Shown here: positions 7,523 through 16,902 of the stretch, one piece after another
Layout: the number at the start of each line of letters is the position of its first letter
Numbering within the stretch: the first letter of the stretch is position 1
Assembly: GCA_046484865.1 (NCBI GenBank)
Contig: JAWOID010000018.1
Coordinates: 1 to 64,000, forward strand
DNA: 64,000 bases
Direction of reading: 5' to 3'
Source of the DNA: Candidatus Krumholzibacteriia bacterium
Lineage (GTDB): Bacteria > Krumholzibacteriota > Krumholzibacteriia > LZORAL124-64-63
Position numbers and translations under genes: made by a program
The notes under the pieces: generated by a model
Databases searched by the model: none
Seen by the model: the letters and a program-made list of their open reading frames with translations, nothing else
Told to the model about the DNA's origin: nothing

Positions 7523-8535
7523 GCGGCCTCTCCCTCAAGGCGCTGTTCGGACTCGCCCCGGTCGCCCTGTTCCTGGCGGCCATGCTGGCGCTCGACGGCT
7601 GGAAGCTCGTGAGGCCGCGCCAGGCGGTCGTCGCGGCGCTCGCCGGGGCAGGGGCGGCCCTCGTCTGCCGTCTGGTGCACCAGTCGCTGATTCCCTGGCT
7701 GGACCTCGACCTCCAAGGATTCTCCCGTTACGTGGCGCCGCTGACCGAGGAGACGGCCAAGTCGGCCTGGCTCGTGCTGCTGATCTGGCGACGTCGGATC
7801 GGGTTCCTGGTGGACGCGGCGATCTACGGCTTCGCGGTGGGCGCCGGCTTCGGGATCATGGAGAACGTCTTCTACCTGGGGATTATCGGCGACGCCCACT
7901 GGTCGACGTGGCTGCTGCGCGGCTGCGGCACCGCGCTGATGCACGGCTGCACGGCCGCCGTGTTCGCCATCGTCGCGCACACGCGCTGCGAGCGGCGGCA
8001 GGGGTGCGGGCCGCTGCAACTCCTGCCCGCGCTGGCGCTGGCGGTGCTGATCCACTCCGGGTTCAACCACTTCTTCCTCACGCCGGCTCTCACCGCCATG
8101 ACCCTGATCGCGGGCGTACCGCTGGTGCTGGCCGCCGTCTACCAGCAGGGCGAGTCGACGCTCGAGCAGTGGCTCGGTCTCGGCTTCGACACCGACGCGG
8201 AGATGCTGCGGATCATCGACTCCGGACAGGTCTCCGCGACCCCGGTGGGCATCTACCTCGCCAGCCTGCGGGATCGGTTCGCACCCGAGATCGTCGCGGA
8301 CATGTTCTGCCTGTTGCGCCTGCAGGTGGAGCTGAGGTTGAAGGCCAAGGGGCTCGTCCTCATGCGTCGCAGCGGTTACGAACCGCCGCGGCCGGAGGGG
8401 GTGGCCGAGCGTCTGGCGGAGATCAGGTTCCTGGAACGCAGCATCGGCCAGGCCGGCCGGCTGGCCCTGCTGCCATTCCTGCGCCGAGGCCGGCGCGACA
8501 CCTGGGAGCGGCACCTGCTGGAAGGCGGCGGCTGA
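7519..8535 (+). CDS. prsW: PrsW-family intramembrane protease with C-terminal soluble extension
   Basis: ATGA overlap with the upstream stop; motifs APLTEETAK, GAGFGIMEN, ALMHG, LIHSGFN in a polytopic membrane protein. Confidence 0.85.
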   Translation: MSGLSLKALFGLAPVALFLAAMLALDGWKLVRPRQAVVAALAGAGAALVCRLVHQSLIPWLDLDLQGFSRYVAPLTEETAKSAWLVLLIWRRRIGFLVDAAIYGFAVGAGFGIMENVFYLGIIGDAHWSTWLLRGCGTALMHGCTAAVFAIVAHTRCERRQGCGPLQLLPALALAVLIHSGFNHFFLTPALTAMTLIAGVPLVLAAVYQQGESTLEQWLGLGFDTDAEMLRIIDSGQVSATPVGIYLASLRDRFAPEIVADMFCLLRLQVELRLKAKGLVLMRRSGYEPPRPEGVAERLAEIRFLERSIGQAGRLALLPFLRRGRRDTWERHLLEGGG

Positions 8536-8625
8536 GGGTCGCCGGTCGCGGGGGAGAGGGGGCGGTGGCCGGATGGGACGGCGGGCCCGTGACCACCCGT
8601 GGCCGCCCGAGACCGTCAGCGGCCG

Positions 8626-9471
8626 TCAGAATCTCCGCGCCGCCTCGCCGAGCCTCCGCGTCACCAGGGCCACCACCTCGCGGGCCGACGACTCGATCGG
8701 CTTGGCGGTGACGTCGACCGTCGCGATCCGGCGCTGGCGCAGCAGCCGCCGGCAAGCCTCGATCTCGTCCATGACGCGGGCGGGATCGGTGTAGGCGGTG
8801 GAGACGTCCAGGCCGGTCTCGACGTGCCGCTTCTCGCGGTGCGAGATGAGTTGCTGGTAGTCGATGGCGAGGCCGACGACGCGCCGCCGGTCGACCCGAT
8901 CCAGCGCCTCCGGTAGCGGCAGACCGGGCACGAGCGGCACGTTGGCCGCCAACCAGCCCTGCATGGCGAGGTACATGCTCAGCGGAGTCTTGCCGGCGCG
9001 GGAGACGCCGAGCAGGACGATCTCGGCCCGCGGCAGATCGCGCCGGTTCTGGCCGTCATCGTGCGCGATGGCGAACTCGATGGCCTCCATCCGCGCGAAG
9101 TAGTCCCGGCGCAGCCGCCGGTAGAGGCCGGGCTGGGCCAGCGGTTCCTCGCCCGTCAGGGTAGACACGCGCTGGATCAGGTCGCCCATCAGATCCACGG
9201 CGGCGACGCCGCGGCCGGCGGCTTCCTGGACGAGTTCGCGCCGCAACTCCCGGTCCACGAGGGTGTGCACGAGCAGCCCGCCGTCGGCGGCGGCGCGGTC
9301 CACCGCGGCCACGACCTGCGCGCGGTCACGGACCAGCGGCACGGTCACGATGCGGGTGTCGGTGGTGGGGAACTGCGCGAGGACGGTGTTGACCAGCTGC
9401 TCGCCGCTGGCGCCGGTGCCGCCGGAGATGACCACGATGACCGTGCGAGCGTCCGCTCCGGGTGGCGACAT
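8626..9471 (-). CDS. ppsR: PEP synthase/pyruvate phosphate dikinase regulatory protein (DUF299 kinase/pyrophosphorylase)
   Basis: ISGGTGASG, AIEFAIAHDDG, GVSRAGKTPLSMYLA, ANVPLVP motifs. Confidence 0.92.
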   Translation of the reverse strand: MSPPGADARTVIVVISGGTGASGEQLVNTVLAQFPTTDTRIVTVPLVRDRAQVVAAVDRAAADGGLLVHTLVDRELRRELVQEAAGRGVAAVDLMGDLIQRVSTLTGEEPLAQPGLYRRLRRDYFARMEAIEFAIAHDDGQNRRDLPRAEIVLLGVSRAGKTPLSMYLAMQGWLAANVPLVPGLPLPEALDRVDRRRVVGLAIDYQQLISHREKRHVETGLDVSTAYTDPARVMDEIEACRRLLRQRRIATVDVTAKPIESSAREVVALVTRRLGEAARRF

Positions 9472-9582
9472 GATCGACCCAGCCTCCTGCGTGGGGCCTG
9501 CGACCGGGTGGATGTCGGACCGCGGTGCGCACGGCGCCGGTCGGCCCCGCAGGCGGGGCCGCCGGTCACCGCGCGCTGAGAA

Positions 9583-10818
9583 TCACCGCCGCGCCCCGAC
9601 CAGCCGGCCTCGCCGCGCCGGCGCCCGGCGGCGGCCGCCGCCGAAGCCGTTGATCGGCGAGAAGCCGCCCGGTCGGAGAGCGCGGTCGGGGTTGAACACC
9701 CCGTAGTCGAACTCGTCGAGCCGTCGTCGCTCGATGCGCTCGCCCAGGACCTGCTCGATCTGCCGGATGACGCCCGCGTCCTCGCCGGCGGCCAGGGAGA
9801 AGGCGGCGCCTGTCTGCAGGGCGCGGCCGGTCCGGCCGATGCGGTGGGTGTAGGCATCGACGCAGTCGGGCATGTCGAAGTTGATCACGTGGCGGATGTC
9901 CGCCACGTCGATGCCGCGCGCGGCGATGTCGGTGGCGACCAGGATCTCGTAGCGCCCGCTGCGGAAACCGTCCATGGCCGCCTGCCGGCGGTTCTGGGTC
10001 ATGTTGCCCTGCAGCTCCGAGACGCTGTGGCCGTGGCGCTCGAGAGCGCGCGCCAGGGTCCGAGCTCGGAACTTCGTCCGGGTGAAGATGAGCACGCGTC
10101 CGGGCGGCAGCATCTCGACCATGGCGAGCAGGAGATCGGTGCGCAGGTGGTCGGTCGTCGGGTAGATCGCATGCGAGACCGTGGTGGCCGGGGCCGCGGC
10201 GTCCACCTGGACCGTCACCGGGTCGCGCAGGATCTGGGCGGCGAGGCTGCGGATATCCACCGGCATCGTCGCCGAGAAGAACAGCGTCTGCCGTTCGGCG
10301 GGCACCCGCGCGAGGATGCGGCGCACGTCGGGCAGGAACCCCATGTCGCACAGGCGGTCGGCCTCGTCCAGCACCAGCGTCTCGACGTGCGAGAGGTCCA
10401 CGTAGCCGTCGCCGTCGAGGTCGAGCAATCGTCCGGGACAGGCGACGACGATCTCCGCGCCCCGGCGCAACGCGCGTGTCTGCGCGTCCTTGGGCACGCC
10501 GCCGTACACCGCCACGCAGCGCAGGCGGCTACGGGCTGCCAGCCGTTCGCACTCGCCGCGGATCTGCTCGGCGAGTTCGCGGGTGGGGGCGATGATCAGT
10601 GCCCGCACGTGGCCGCGCGGGCCCGGGAGCAGGCGGTGGAGGATGGGCAGGACGAAGGCTGCCGTCTTGCCGGTGCCGGTCTGGGCCATGCCCATCACGT
10701 CGCTGCCGGCCAGGACCGCGGGAATGGCGGCGACCTGGATGGGGGTGGGAACGGTGTAGCCGGCGGCGGAGATGCCGGCCTTCAGACGGGGGTCGAGGTC
10801 GAAGGTAGAAAAATCCAT
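9583..10818 (-). CDS. DEAD-box RNA helicase (RhlE-like)
   Basis: Q motif PTPIQ, AQTGTGKT, PTRELA, LDEAD, FSAT, ARGID, HRIGRTGRA. Confidence 0.95.
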   Translation of the reverse strand: MDFSTFDLDPRLKAGISAAGYTVPTPIQVAAIPAVLAGSDVMGMAQTGTGKTAAFVLPILHRLLPGPRGHVRALIIAPTRELAEQIRGECERLAARSRLRCVAVYGGVPKDAQTRALRRGAEIVVACPGRLLDLDGDGYVDLSHVETLVLDEADRLCDMGFLPDVRRILARVPAERQTLFFSATMPVDIRSLAAQILRDPVTVQVDAAAPATTVSHAIYPTTDHLRTDLLLAMVEMLPPGRVLIFTRTKFRARTLARALERHGHSVSELQGNMTQNRRQAAMDGFRSGRYEILVATDIAARGIDVADIRHVINFDMPDCVDAYTHRIGRTGRALQTGAAFSLAAGEDAGVIRQIEQVLGERIERRRLDEFDYGVFNPDRALRPGGFSPINGFGGGRRRAPARRGRLVGARR

Positions 10819-10992
10819 CCAGAGAACTCCTTGGCTCTCGGGAGCCAAGTCGCACTCTTAGCTCGATCGGAAAGGGGCGATGCAGCGAACGGGATGCGAA
10901 CAACTTGCCCGTCGGGTTGGTCTGCAATAGCGGATCGCCGTGCAATATACGTGCTCAGCCGCGCGACCGCCAGCAAAAATCCACCGCGAGCG

Positions 10993-11904
10993 TCATCGCC
11001 CCTCGCGGTAGAGGTCCTTGACCTCGGTCCACGTCACGGTCTCGGCAGGCTTGGCGAACCCGGTGAAGTCCTCGATGCCCAGGATGCGCCAGCCGTTCGT
11101 CTCCGCCATGGCAACCACGTAGAACCGGGCCATTCCCCGGACCCAGAAGTAGTACGCCGCACCATCGGGCGAGAAGTTCAGGGCGACCGAGAACGTCCGC
11201 TGCTGCGCTCCCGTGCCGCCGAAGCGGGGATGGGCGGCGTCGACGGCCGCCCACTCGCCCTCGGGCGCCAGCCAGGCCACGATGTCGGCGATCCCGGGCA
11301 CGACGGTCCCGCCGGTGCCGGTTCCCGGCGTTCCCGTGAAGAGATTGCTGGTGATCGCCATCTCCACGTCGAGGCCGTAGGTCTCGTCCTCGGTCGTCAC
11401 GAAGAGGAAGTCGTCGCTCAGCAGTTCCCGGTAGTAGTCGTGGTTGCGCAGCTCGTAGGCCTGGTCGAACGCGGCGACGAGTTCGTCGGGCGACGCCATC
11501 GCCGGCACCTCGACCCGCACCACGGCCGCTGCGGCACCGATCCGGCCCGCGGTGTCGCGCACCTCCAGGTGCACGAGGTGCTCGCCGAGCGCGTCGAAGG
11601 CGATGAAGGTGTCGCGGCTGGCGGTCCAGTTCGACCACGGCCCCCGATCGGTGCTCCAGCGGTAGGGCACCGCGTGCAGTTCGCCCGAGGGGTGATGGCT
11701 GCCGGTGGGATCGAAGGTCACCAGCACGCCGGGCAGCGCGGTCGCCGAATCGGGCGCGACGACCGCCACCGGCCCGCCGCCGGGAGCCACGGGGCCGTCA
11801 TCGTCGTCGCAGCCGGTCAGCATCGCGGCCGCCGTCAGGATCAGGGGGAACAGCACGAGAGAAAGCGCCGGACGCAGCGCGCGCGAGACCAGCGGATGCT
11901 TCAT
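10993..11904 (-). CDS. Lipoprotein with PKD-like and NTF2-like domains and C-terminal VTWTEVKDLYR motif
   Basis: Lipobox LTG-C; PKD-like VTFDPTGSH..YRW..HLEVRD; SPDELVAAFDQAYELRNHDYYRELLSDDFLF; SD GAGG before ATG 11904. Confidence 0.7.
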   Translation of the reverse strand: MKHPLVSRALRPALSLVLFPLILTAAAMLTGCDDDDGPVAPGGGPVAVVAPDSATALPGVLVTFDPTGSHHPSGELHAVPYRWSTDRGPWSNWTASRDTFIAFDALGEHLVHLEVRDTAGRIGAAAAVVRVEVPAMASPDELVAAFDQAYELRNHDYYRELLSDDFLFVTTEDETYGLDVEMAITSNLFTGTPGTGTGGTVVPGIADIVAWLAPEGEWAAVDAAHPRFGGTGAQQRTFSVALNFSPDGAAYYFWVRGMARFYVVAMAETNGWRILGIEDFTGFAKPAETVTWTEVKDLYREGR

Positions 11905-12047
11905 GACGGACCTCTTAGGCAGCGACATGGCTCCGGCCGGGGACGAGTCCGGGCGAAGATGACGGGATGAAGATGAACGAGCGACATCGTAATCCCGGGG
12001 GGCCGGCGGCACAAGGCGTTCGCGTGTCGGCACCGAGCGCGCCCGTC

Positions 12048-13322
12048 TCAGACCGCCTCCGCGCTCGGCCGCTCCAGCCCGTGCCCGTGCGGACCCCGCT
12101 CCCGCCGCAGCAGCAGCACCGCGAACAGCAGGCCCAGCGTGCCGAGCAGGCCGAACAGCACCATGGCCGCGCCGTAACCGCCGGTGCGATCGCTGAGGGA
12201 ACCGGCGACCACCGGCACCAGTGTCATGCCGACCATCTGCACCATGGTCATCAGACCGTAGGCGGTCCCCAGGCGCCGCTGCTCCACCAGGAGCGGCACG
12301 GCCGCCCAGAGCGCCGCCGGCACCAGCGAGAACGCCATCCCCATGAAAGCCATGGGCAGCCACGGCGGCACCGACGTGGTGCCGAGCACGAAGTAGGTGG
12401 GAGCGAAGATCAGCGAGCCGACGACCATCATCGCCGCCCGGCGCCCGTAGCGGTCGATGAAGAAGCCGAACACCGGCGTGAAGACCATGGCGGCGAACAC
12501 CAGGATGCTCGTCGTGCGGCCGGCCGCCTGCAGCGAGAGTCCGAAGCCGGAGACGAAGAAATCGGTGGCGAAGTAGGTGAAGGGGAACACGGCCGAGTAG
12601 AACAGCACGCAGAGGGCGGTGAGGTACCAGAAGCTGCGGTCGAACACGAGCACGTCGCGCCAGGTGATCCGGTCCTCCTTCGGCTCCGGCAGCTGCGTGC
12701 GGCGCTCCGCCCAGCGGTCCATCGCCACGTAGGCGAGGAATGCGCCGGTGGCCGCCACGGTGAGAAAAGCCGCGAACCAGAGCGCGCCTCGCCAGCCCAG
12801 CGCCTCGCTGATGACGGCCATGCCGCCGAAGGCCACCAGCGAGCCCAGTCGGCTGATGGCGATGGTCACACCGAACGCCAGCGCCAGTTCGCGGCCCTTG
12901 AAGTAGCGCGCCACCACCTTGTTCTGGGCCAGGATCAGGCTCTCGGCGCCGAGTCCGAAGAGGACCCGGCCGGCGAGCATCACCACGATCGTCTGGCCCG
13001 CCGCGGTCAGCACCGTGCCTGCCACGCAGAGCAGGCTGAGCAGGATCCCGGCCCGGCGCGTCCCGAGCCGGTCGAGCAGGATTCCGCCGAGCAGGACCAT
13101 GACGATGTTGGGCAGGCTGTAGAGGGTGGCGAAGAGCCCGATCTGGGTGGCCCCGATGCCCATCTCCTCGCGCAGGATGGGGGCGATGGGGCTGATCGAG
13201 TCGTAGACGAAGTAGCCGCTGAACGTGACCAGGGCCATCAGCACGAGCACGGTCCAGCGCCACCAGGCGGGCAGCGGCAATCCGGCCGTCGGGCGGGGTC
13301 GAGGCTCGTCCAATTCGTTCAC
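12048..13322 (-). CDS. MFS transporter (MFSD1-like)
   Basis: 12 hydrophobic segments; motif A GILLDRLGTRR and GFFIDRYGRR; YFVYD and LYSLPN motifs resemble MFSD1. Confidence 0.9.
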   Translation of the reverse strand: MNELDEPRPRPTAGLPLPAWWRWTVLVLMALVTFSGYFVYDSISPIAPILREEMGIGATQIGLFATLYSLPNIVMVLLGGILLDRLGTRRAGILLSLLCVAGTVLTAAGQTIVVMLAGRVLFGLGAESLILAQNKVVARYFKGRELALAFGVTIAISRLGSLVAFGGMAVISEALGWRGALWFAAFLTVAATGAFLAYVAMDRWAERRTQLPEPKEDRITWRDVLVFDRSFWYLTALCVLFYSAVFPFTYFATDFFVSGFGLSLQAAGRTTSILVFAAMVFTPVFGFFIDRYGRRAAMMVVGSLIFAPTYFVLGTTSVPPWLPMAFMGMAFSLVPAALWAAVPLLVEQRRLGTAYGLMTMVQMVGMTLVPVVAGSLSDRTGGYGAAMVLFGLLGTLGLLFAVLLLRRERGPHGHGLERPSAEAV

Positions 13323-13332
13323 CGGGTATCTC

Positions 13333-13719
13333 CTACTCGGGAAGGTTCACGAAACGCACGAACCCGTTGCGCTCCAGGTGGTAGAGGTACTGGCACACGC
13401 GGTCGGCGGGCTGCTGCTCGGCGGGGAAGGCGGCCACGAACGCCTCGACCAGCTCGCGCGCCGGGGTCCGGCCGTCGATCCGACGCCAGATGAAGTCGCC
13501 GCGAGCTTCGAGCGGCACCTTGATGAACCGGCGCGGCCCCTTGAGCAGCGGCTGCAGGATGCGGTGATAGAACGTGCCGGAGAACCGCGGCATCAGCAGC
13601 AGCACGCGGCCGCGGCCGTCCTCCTCCCAGTCGACGGCATGTTCGGGCACGAGGGTGAGGAAGTCCACACCCTCCCACCGGCTGCGCCGTCCGAGCCAGG
13701 TCGGCAGTCTCACCTTCAC
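13333..13719 (-). CDS. PqqD-family (RRE-like winged-helix) protein
   Basis: C-terminal part of ORF 13333..14406; LEARGDFIWRRIDGRTPARELVEAF...DRVCQYLYHLERNGFVRF; GTG overlaps the OPT stop. Confidence 0.75.
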   Translation of the reverse strand: MKVRLPTWLGRRSRWEGVDFLTLVPEHAVDWEEDGRGRVLLLMPRFSGTFYHRILQPLLKGPRRFIKVPLEARGDFIWRRIDGRTPARELVEAFVAAFPAEQQPADRVCQYLYHLERNGFVRFVNLPE

Positions 13720-15806
13720 TAGCCGCGCTTGCCGAGCCCCTTGAGGGGCATGGCGATCATGTACCACAGCAGCGCCACGAGAATGACCACGGCCAGCAGG
13801 TGCGCGAACCAGCCGAAGGCCGCACCGAAGAGCGCTGCCGCCGACCAGTCGGGGAGCAGGTTGCCGGACGCCGGCCTTGCCGCCTTGATCCCGGTGAGGA
13901 CCAGGGCCATCAACGCCTCGCCGGCGACGAGGCCGCTCGCCAGCAGGATGCCGCGATTCTCGCTGGTGGACATCGCTTCGGCGTCGAAATTCCGCCGTGC
14001 GCGCAGACGCTCGGTGACCGCCTTCGCCACGCCGCCGAGGAAGATGGCCGCGGTGGAGTAGAACGGCAGGTACATGCCCACCGCGATCAGCATGGGGGCC
14101 GGAGCCCGGATCAGCAGGAGGCCCACGCCCATGAACATGCCGACGATCACCAGCGGCCAGGCCATCTCGCCGCCGACGATGCCGCGGGCGAGCATGGCCA
14201 TCAGGCCGGCCTGGGGCGCCGGCAGCTTCTCGGAACCGATGCCGCCGCCGTACTCGTCGAGCAGCATGATGGGAATCACGAGCACGCTGGCCGCGGCCAC
14301 CACGCCGATGATCTCGCCCATCTCCATGCGCTTGGGCGTGCCGCCGAGGATGTGGCCCACCTTCAGGTCCTGCATCATGTCGCCGGCCACGCCGCAGATG
14401 CAGCACACCACGGCCGCCACGCCCAGCACCGCGGTCACGCCGGGATCGCCCTTCACCCCGACCACCAGCAGCAGCAGCGCCGCCACGATGAGGGTGGAGA
14501 GGGTCAGGCCCGAGATGGGGTTGTTCGAGGACCCGATCAGGCCCACCAGGTAGCCGGCGATGGCGCTGAACACGAATCCCGCGAAGCCCATGACCAGCGT
14601 GGCCACCAGGGCGCCGATGACGATGCGCGGGGTGGACAGGTCACCGTGGGCGCCGTGGCTGATGAAGTAGTAGTACAGCGCGAACATGCCGACCAGGCTC
14701 ACCCCGACGCCGGCGAAGACGTACCGGAAGGGGAGGTCGCGGCCGGTGCGCGGGACCGCTGCGTCGGTGCCCTTGGCGGAGATGTCGCCGAAGGCGCGCC
14801 TCATGCCGCCGATGAGCTGGTCCTTCATCTTCCAGAGGGTGGAAGCCGCGCCCACGAGCATGCCGCCCACGGCGATGGGCTTGACGTAGTTGGCGAAGAC
14901 CAGCCGCGACAGCGCCACCTCGTCGGCCACCAGGTCGGGTCGATCACGCAGCAGGTCGGCGAAGCTCGACGGGTTCAGGTACAGCAGCAGCGGCACCAGC
15001 AGTCCCCAGGCGAAGATGGCGCCGCAGAAGGTGATGGACGCGAGCTGCGGGCCGATGATGTAGCCCACGCCGAAGAGGGCGGGGGAGATGCCCGGCGAGG
15101 TGATGGTCAGCCCGCCGTGCCCCGCGTGGGAATAGAACGCGTTGCGGGTGGTGTCGTCGATGAACTGCACCGTGGAGGCGCCGAACGTCCGGAACCAGGT
15201 CCAGCCCGTGCGCATGATGCTCAACTCGCCCAGGGCGAGGATCCCGGCGCCGACGAGGCCGCTCTGCAGCACGGTCCTCGCCTCGCTGCCGCCCTTCTGG
15301 CCGGCCTTGTGGATCTCGCCGGCCGCCACCGACTCCGGGAACGGCAGCCCCGACTCCTCCACGAGGATCCGGCGCAGCAGCACCACGAAGAGCACGCCCA
15401 TGACGCCGCCGGTGAGCATGATGGCGGTGCTCTCGAAGTAGTTGAAGTGGTCCCAGACCCCGGCGATCTTGAAGGCGGGAATCGTGAAGATGGCGCCGGC
15501 CACCAGCGCCTCGCCTACCGAGGCGACCGTGCGCGCCATGTTCTCCTCGAGGATGGACCCGCGCACCATCCGCAGGGCCGCCATCCCGACCACTGCGGCG
15601 GGGAAGGTGGCCGCCACCGTCAGTCCGGCCTTCAGGCCGATGTAAGCGTTTGCGGAGCCGAGGATCACCGCCATCACCACGCCCAGTAGCACCGCGCGCA
15701 GCGTGAACTCCGGGAGGTCCTGGTCCGCGGGCACGAACGGAGTGTACTCGGGGACCCTGGTGCCTGGCGGCGGCGAGGGCGGCTGCGAATTCCGGGTTCG
15801 GGCCAT
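13719..15806 (-). CDS. OPT family oligopeptide transporter
   Basis: PEFTLRAVLLG..ANAYIGLKAG, ENMARTVAS, LPFPES, GSSNNPISG, MQDLKVGHILGGTP, LPAPQAGLMA. Confidence 0.95.
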   Translation of the reverse strand: MARTRNSQPPSPPPGTRVPEYTPFVPADQDLPEFTLRAVLLGVVMAVILGSANAYIGLKAGLTVAATFPAAVVGMAALRMVRGSILEENMARTVASVGEALVAGAIFTIPAFKIAGVWDHFNYFESTAIMLTGGVMGVLFVVLLRRILVEESGLPFPESVAAGEIHKAGQKGGSEARTVLQSGLVGAGILALGELSIMRTGWTWFRTFGASTVQFIDDTTRNAFYSHAGHGGLTITSPGISPALFGVGYIIGPQLASITFCGAIFAWGLLVPLLLYLNPSSFADLLRDRPDLVADEVALSRLVFANYVKPIAVGGMLVGAASTLWKMKDQLIGGMRRAFGDISAKGTDAAVPRTGRDLPFRYVFAGVGVSLVGMFALYYYFISHGAHGDLSTPRIVIGALVATLVMGFAGFVFSAIAGYLVGLIGSSNNPISGLTLSTLIVAALLLLVVGVKGDPGVTAVLGVAAVVCCICGVAGDMMQDLKVGHILGGTPKRMEMGEIIGVVAAASVLVIPIMLLDEYGGGIGSEKLPAPQAGLMAMLARGIVGGEMAWPLVIVGMFMGVGLLLIRAPAPMLIAVGMYLPFYSTAAIFLGGVAKAVTERLRARRNFDAEAMSTSENRGILLASGLVAGEALMALVLTGIKAARPASGNLLPDWSAAALFGAAFGWFAHLLAVVILVALLWYMIAMPLKGLGKRG

Positions 15807-16134
15807 GGTCACTCCTCGGCTCGGCTGGTCGTCGTCGGTGGCGCGAACGGGCGCGGCCACCGTGCTGCAACGCGACGGTCCGCGTCCGGCGAACCGCCCT
15901 GGGGAAAACCGCGGCGGGTGCACGAGCACCGGCCGTGCGACGCGCCGCGGCAGAGGGTAACAGCCGCACCGGAGGCGGGCAAGAACCGTCGGCGCCGTGC
16001 CGCCGCGGCGCAGGGCCCTTGTCGCTTGTCCGGTGGATTTCACGGGGACCATCCCTTATACTTCTGCCCGATCGGTCGGGAGGGAACGTGTCCACATTCG
16101 GTCGGCGCAGGGAGGCGTCGTCGAGGAGCGGATC

Positions 16135-16824
16135 GTGGCGGCAGAAAGATTGACCCGGAAGAAGCTCAAGCAGGACGGTTTCGTGGCGTCGGTCGAGCAG
16201 GGACTGGAGTTCGTGCAGAAGAACTTCGTCGTCCTGGGCGTGGTCGTGCTTGCACTGGTGGTGACCCTGGTGGGGATCTCCATCTACGGCACGAGCCGCC
16301 AGCGAGCCCAGCAGGAGGCCTCACGTCTGCTGTACGAGGGCCAGATCGCCCTCGGACAGGGGGCGTACGGGATGGCCGTCAACCGCCTGCGGGAGGTCGT
16401 GGAGGAGCACGGCGGGGTTCCCGTGGCGGACCTGGCACGGATCCAGCTAGCCAACGCCCAGAACCTGGCGGGCGAGGGCTCCGAGGCCCTGGCCACCATC
16501 GAGACCGCTCTCGAGCGACTGGACGGGGACGACCCGCTGCGCGCGGACGCCCTCGTGGTCAAGGGCGTCATCCTGAGCGACGCCGGCCGACCGGCAGAGG
16601 CCGCGGACGCCTATGCCGAGGCGATCGCAGGCGACCTGCCGCCGGAGCGGCGCTACGAGTTGACCCTCCGGCTGGCCGAGAGCCACCGCCAGGCGGGACA
16701 GCCGCGAGCCGCGGTCCAGGCCCTCGAGAACCTGCGCGACGCGATCGCCTCCGGGGCCACCGAGGGCAACCTGCGGGATCTCGACGCGCAGATCGCATTC
16801 TATCGGGCTCTGTCGACCATCTGA
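16135..16824 (+). CDS. YfgM-like membrane-anchored TPR protein
   Basis: LTRKKLKQDGFV N-terminus, single TM, TPR-like helices; SD GAGGAG before GTG 16135. Confidence 0.7.
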   Translation: MAAERLTRKKLKQDGFVASVEQGLEFVQKNFVVLGVVVLALVVTLVGISIYGTSRQRAQQEASRLLYEGQIALGQGAYGMAVNRLREVVEEHGGVPVADLARIQLANAQNLAGEGSEALATIETALERLDGDDPLRADALVVKGVILSDAGRPAEAADAYAEAIAGDLPPERRYELTLRLAESHRQAGQPRAAVQALENLRDAIASGATEGNLRDLDAQIAFYRALSTI

Positions 16825-16902
16825 CCCGTCGCCGCAACGCTCGGCGCTGGACGCGGGGCCGCTTCACCGAGGTGGAGGACAGACCCCCGGGGGAGAGTCA
16901 CC

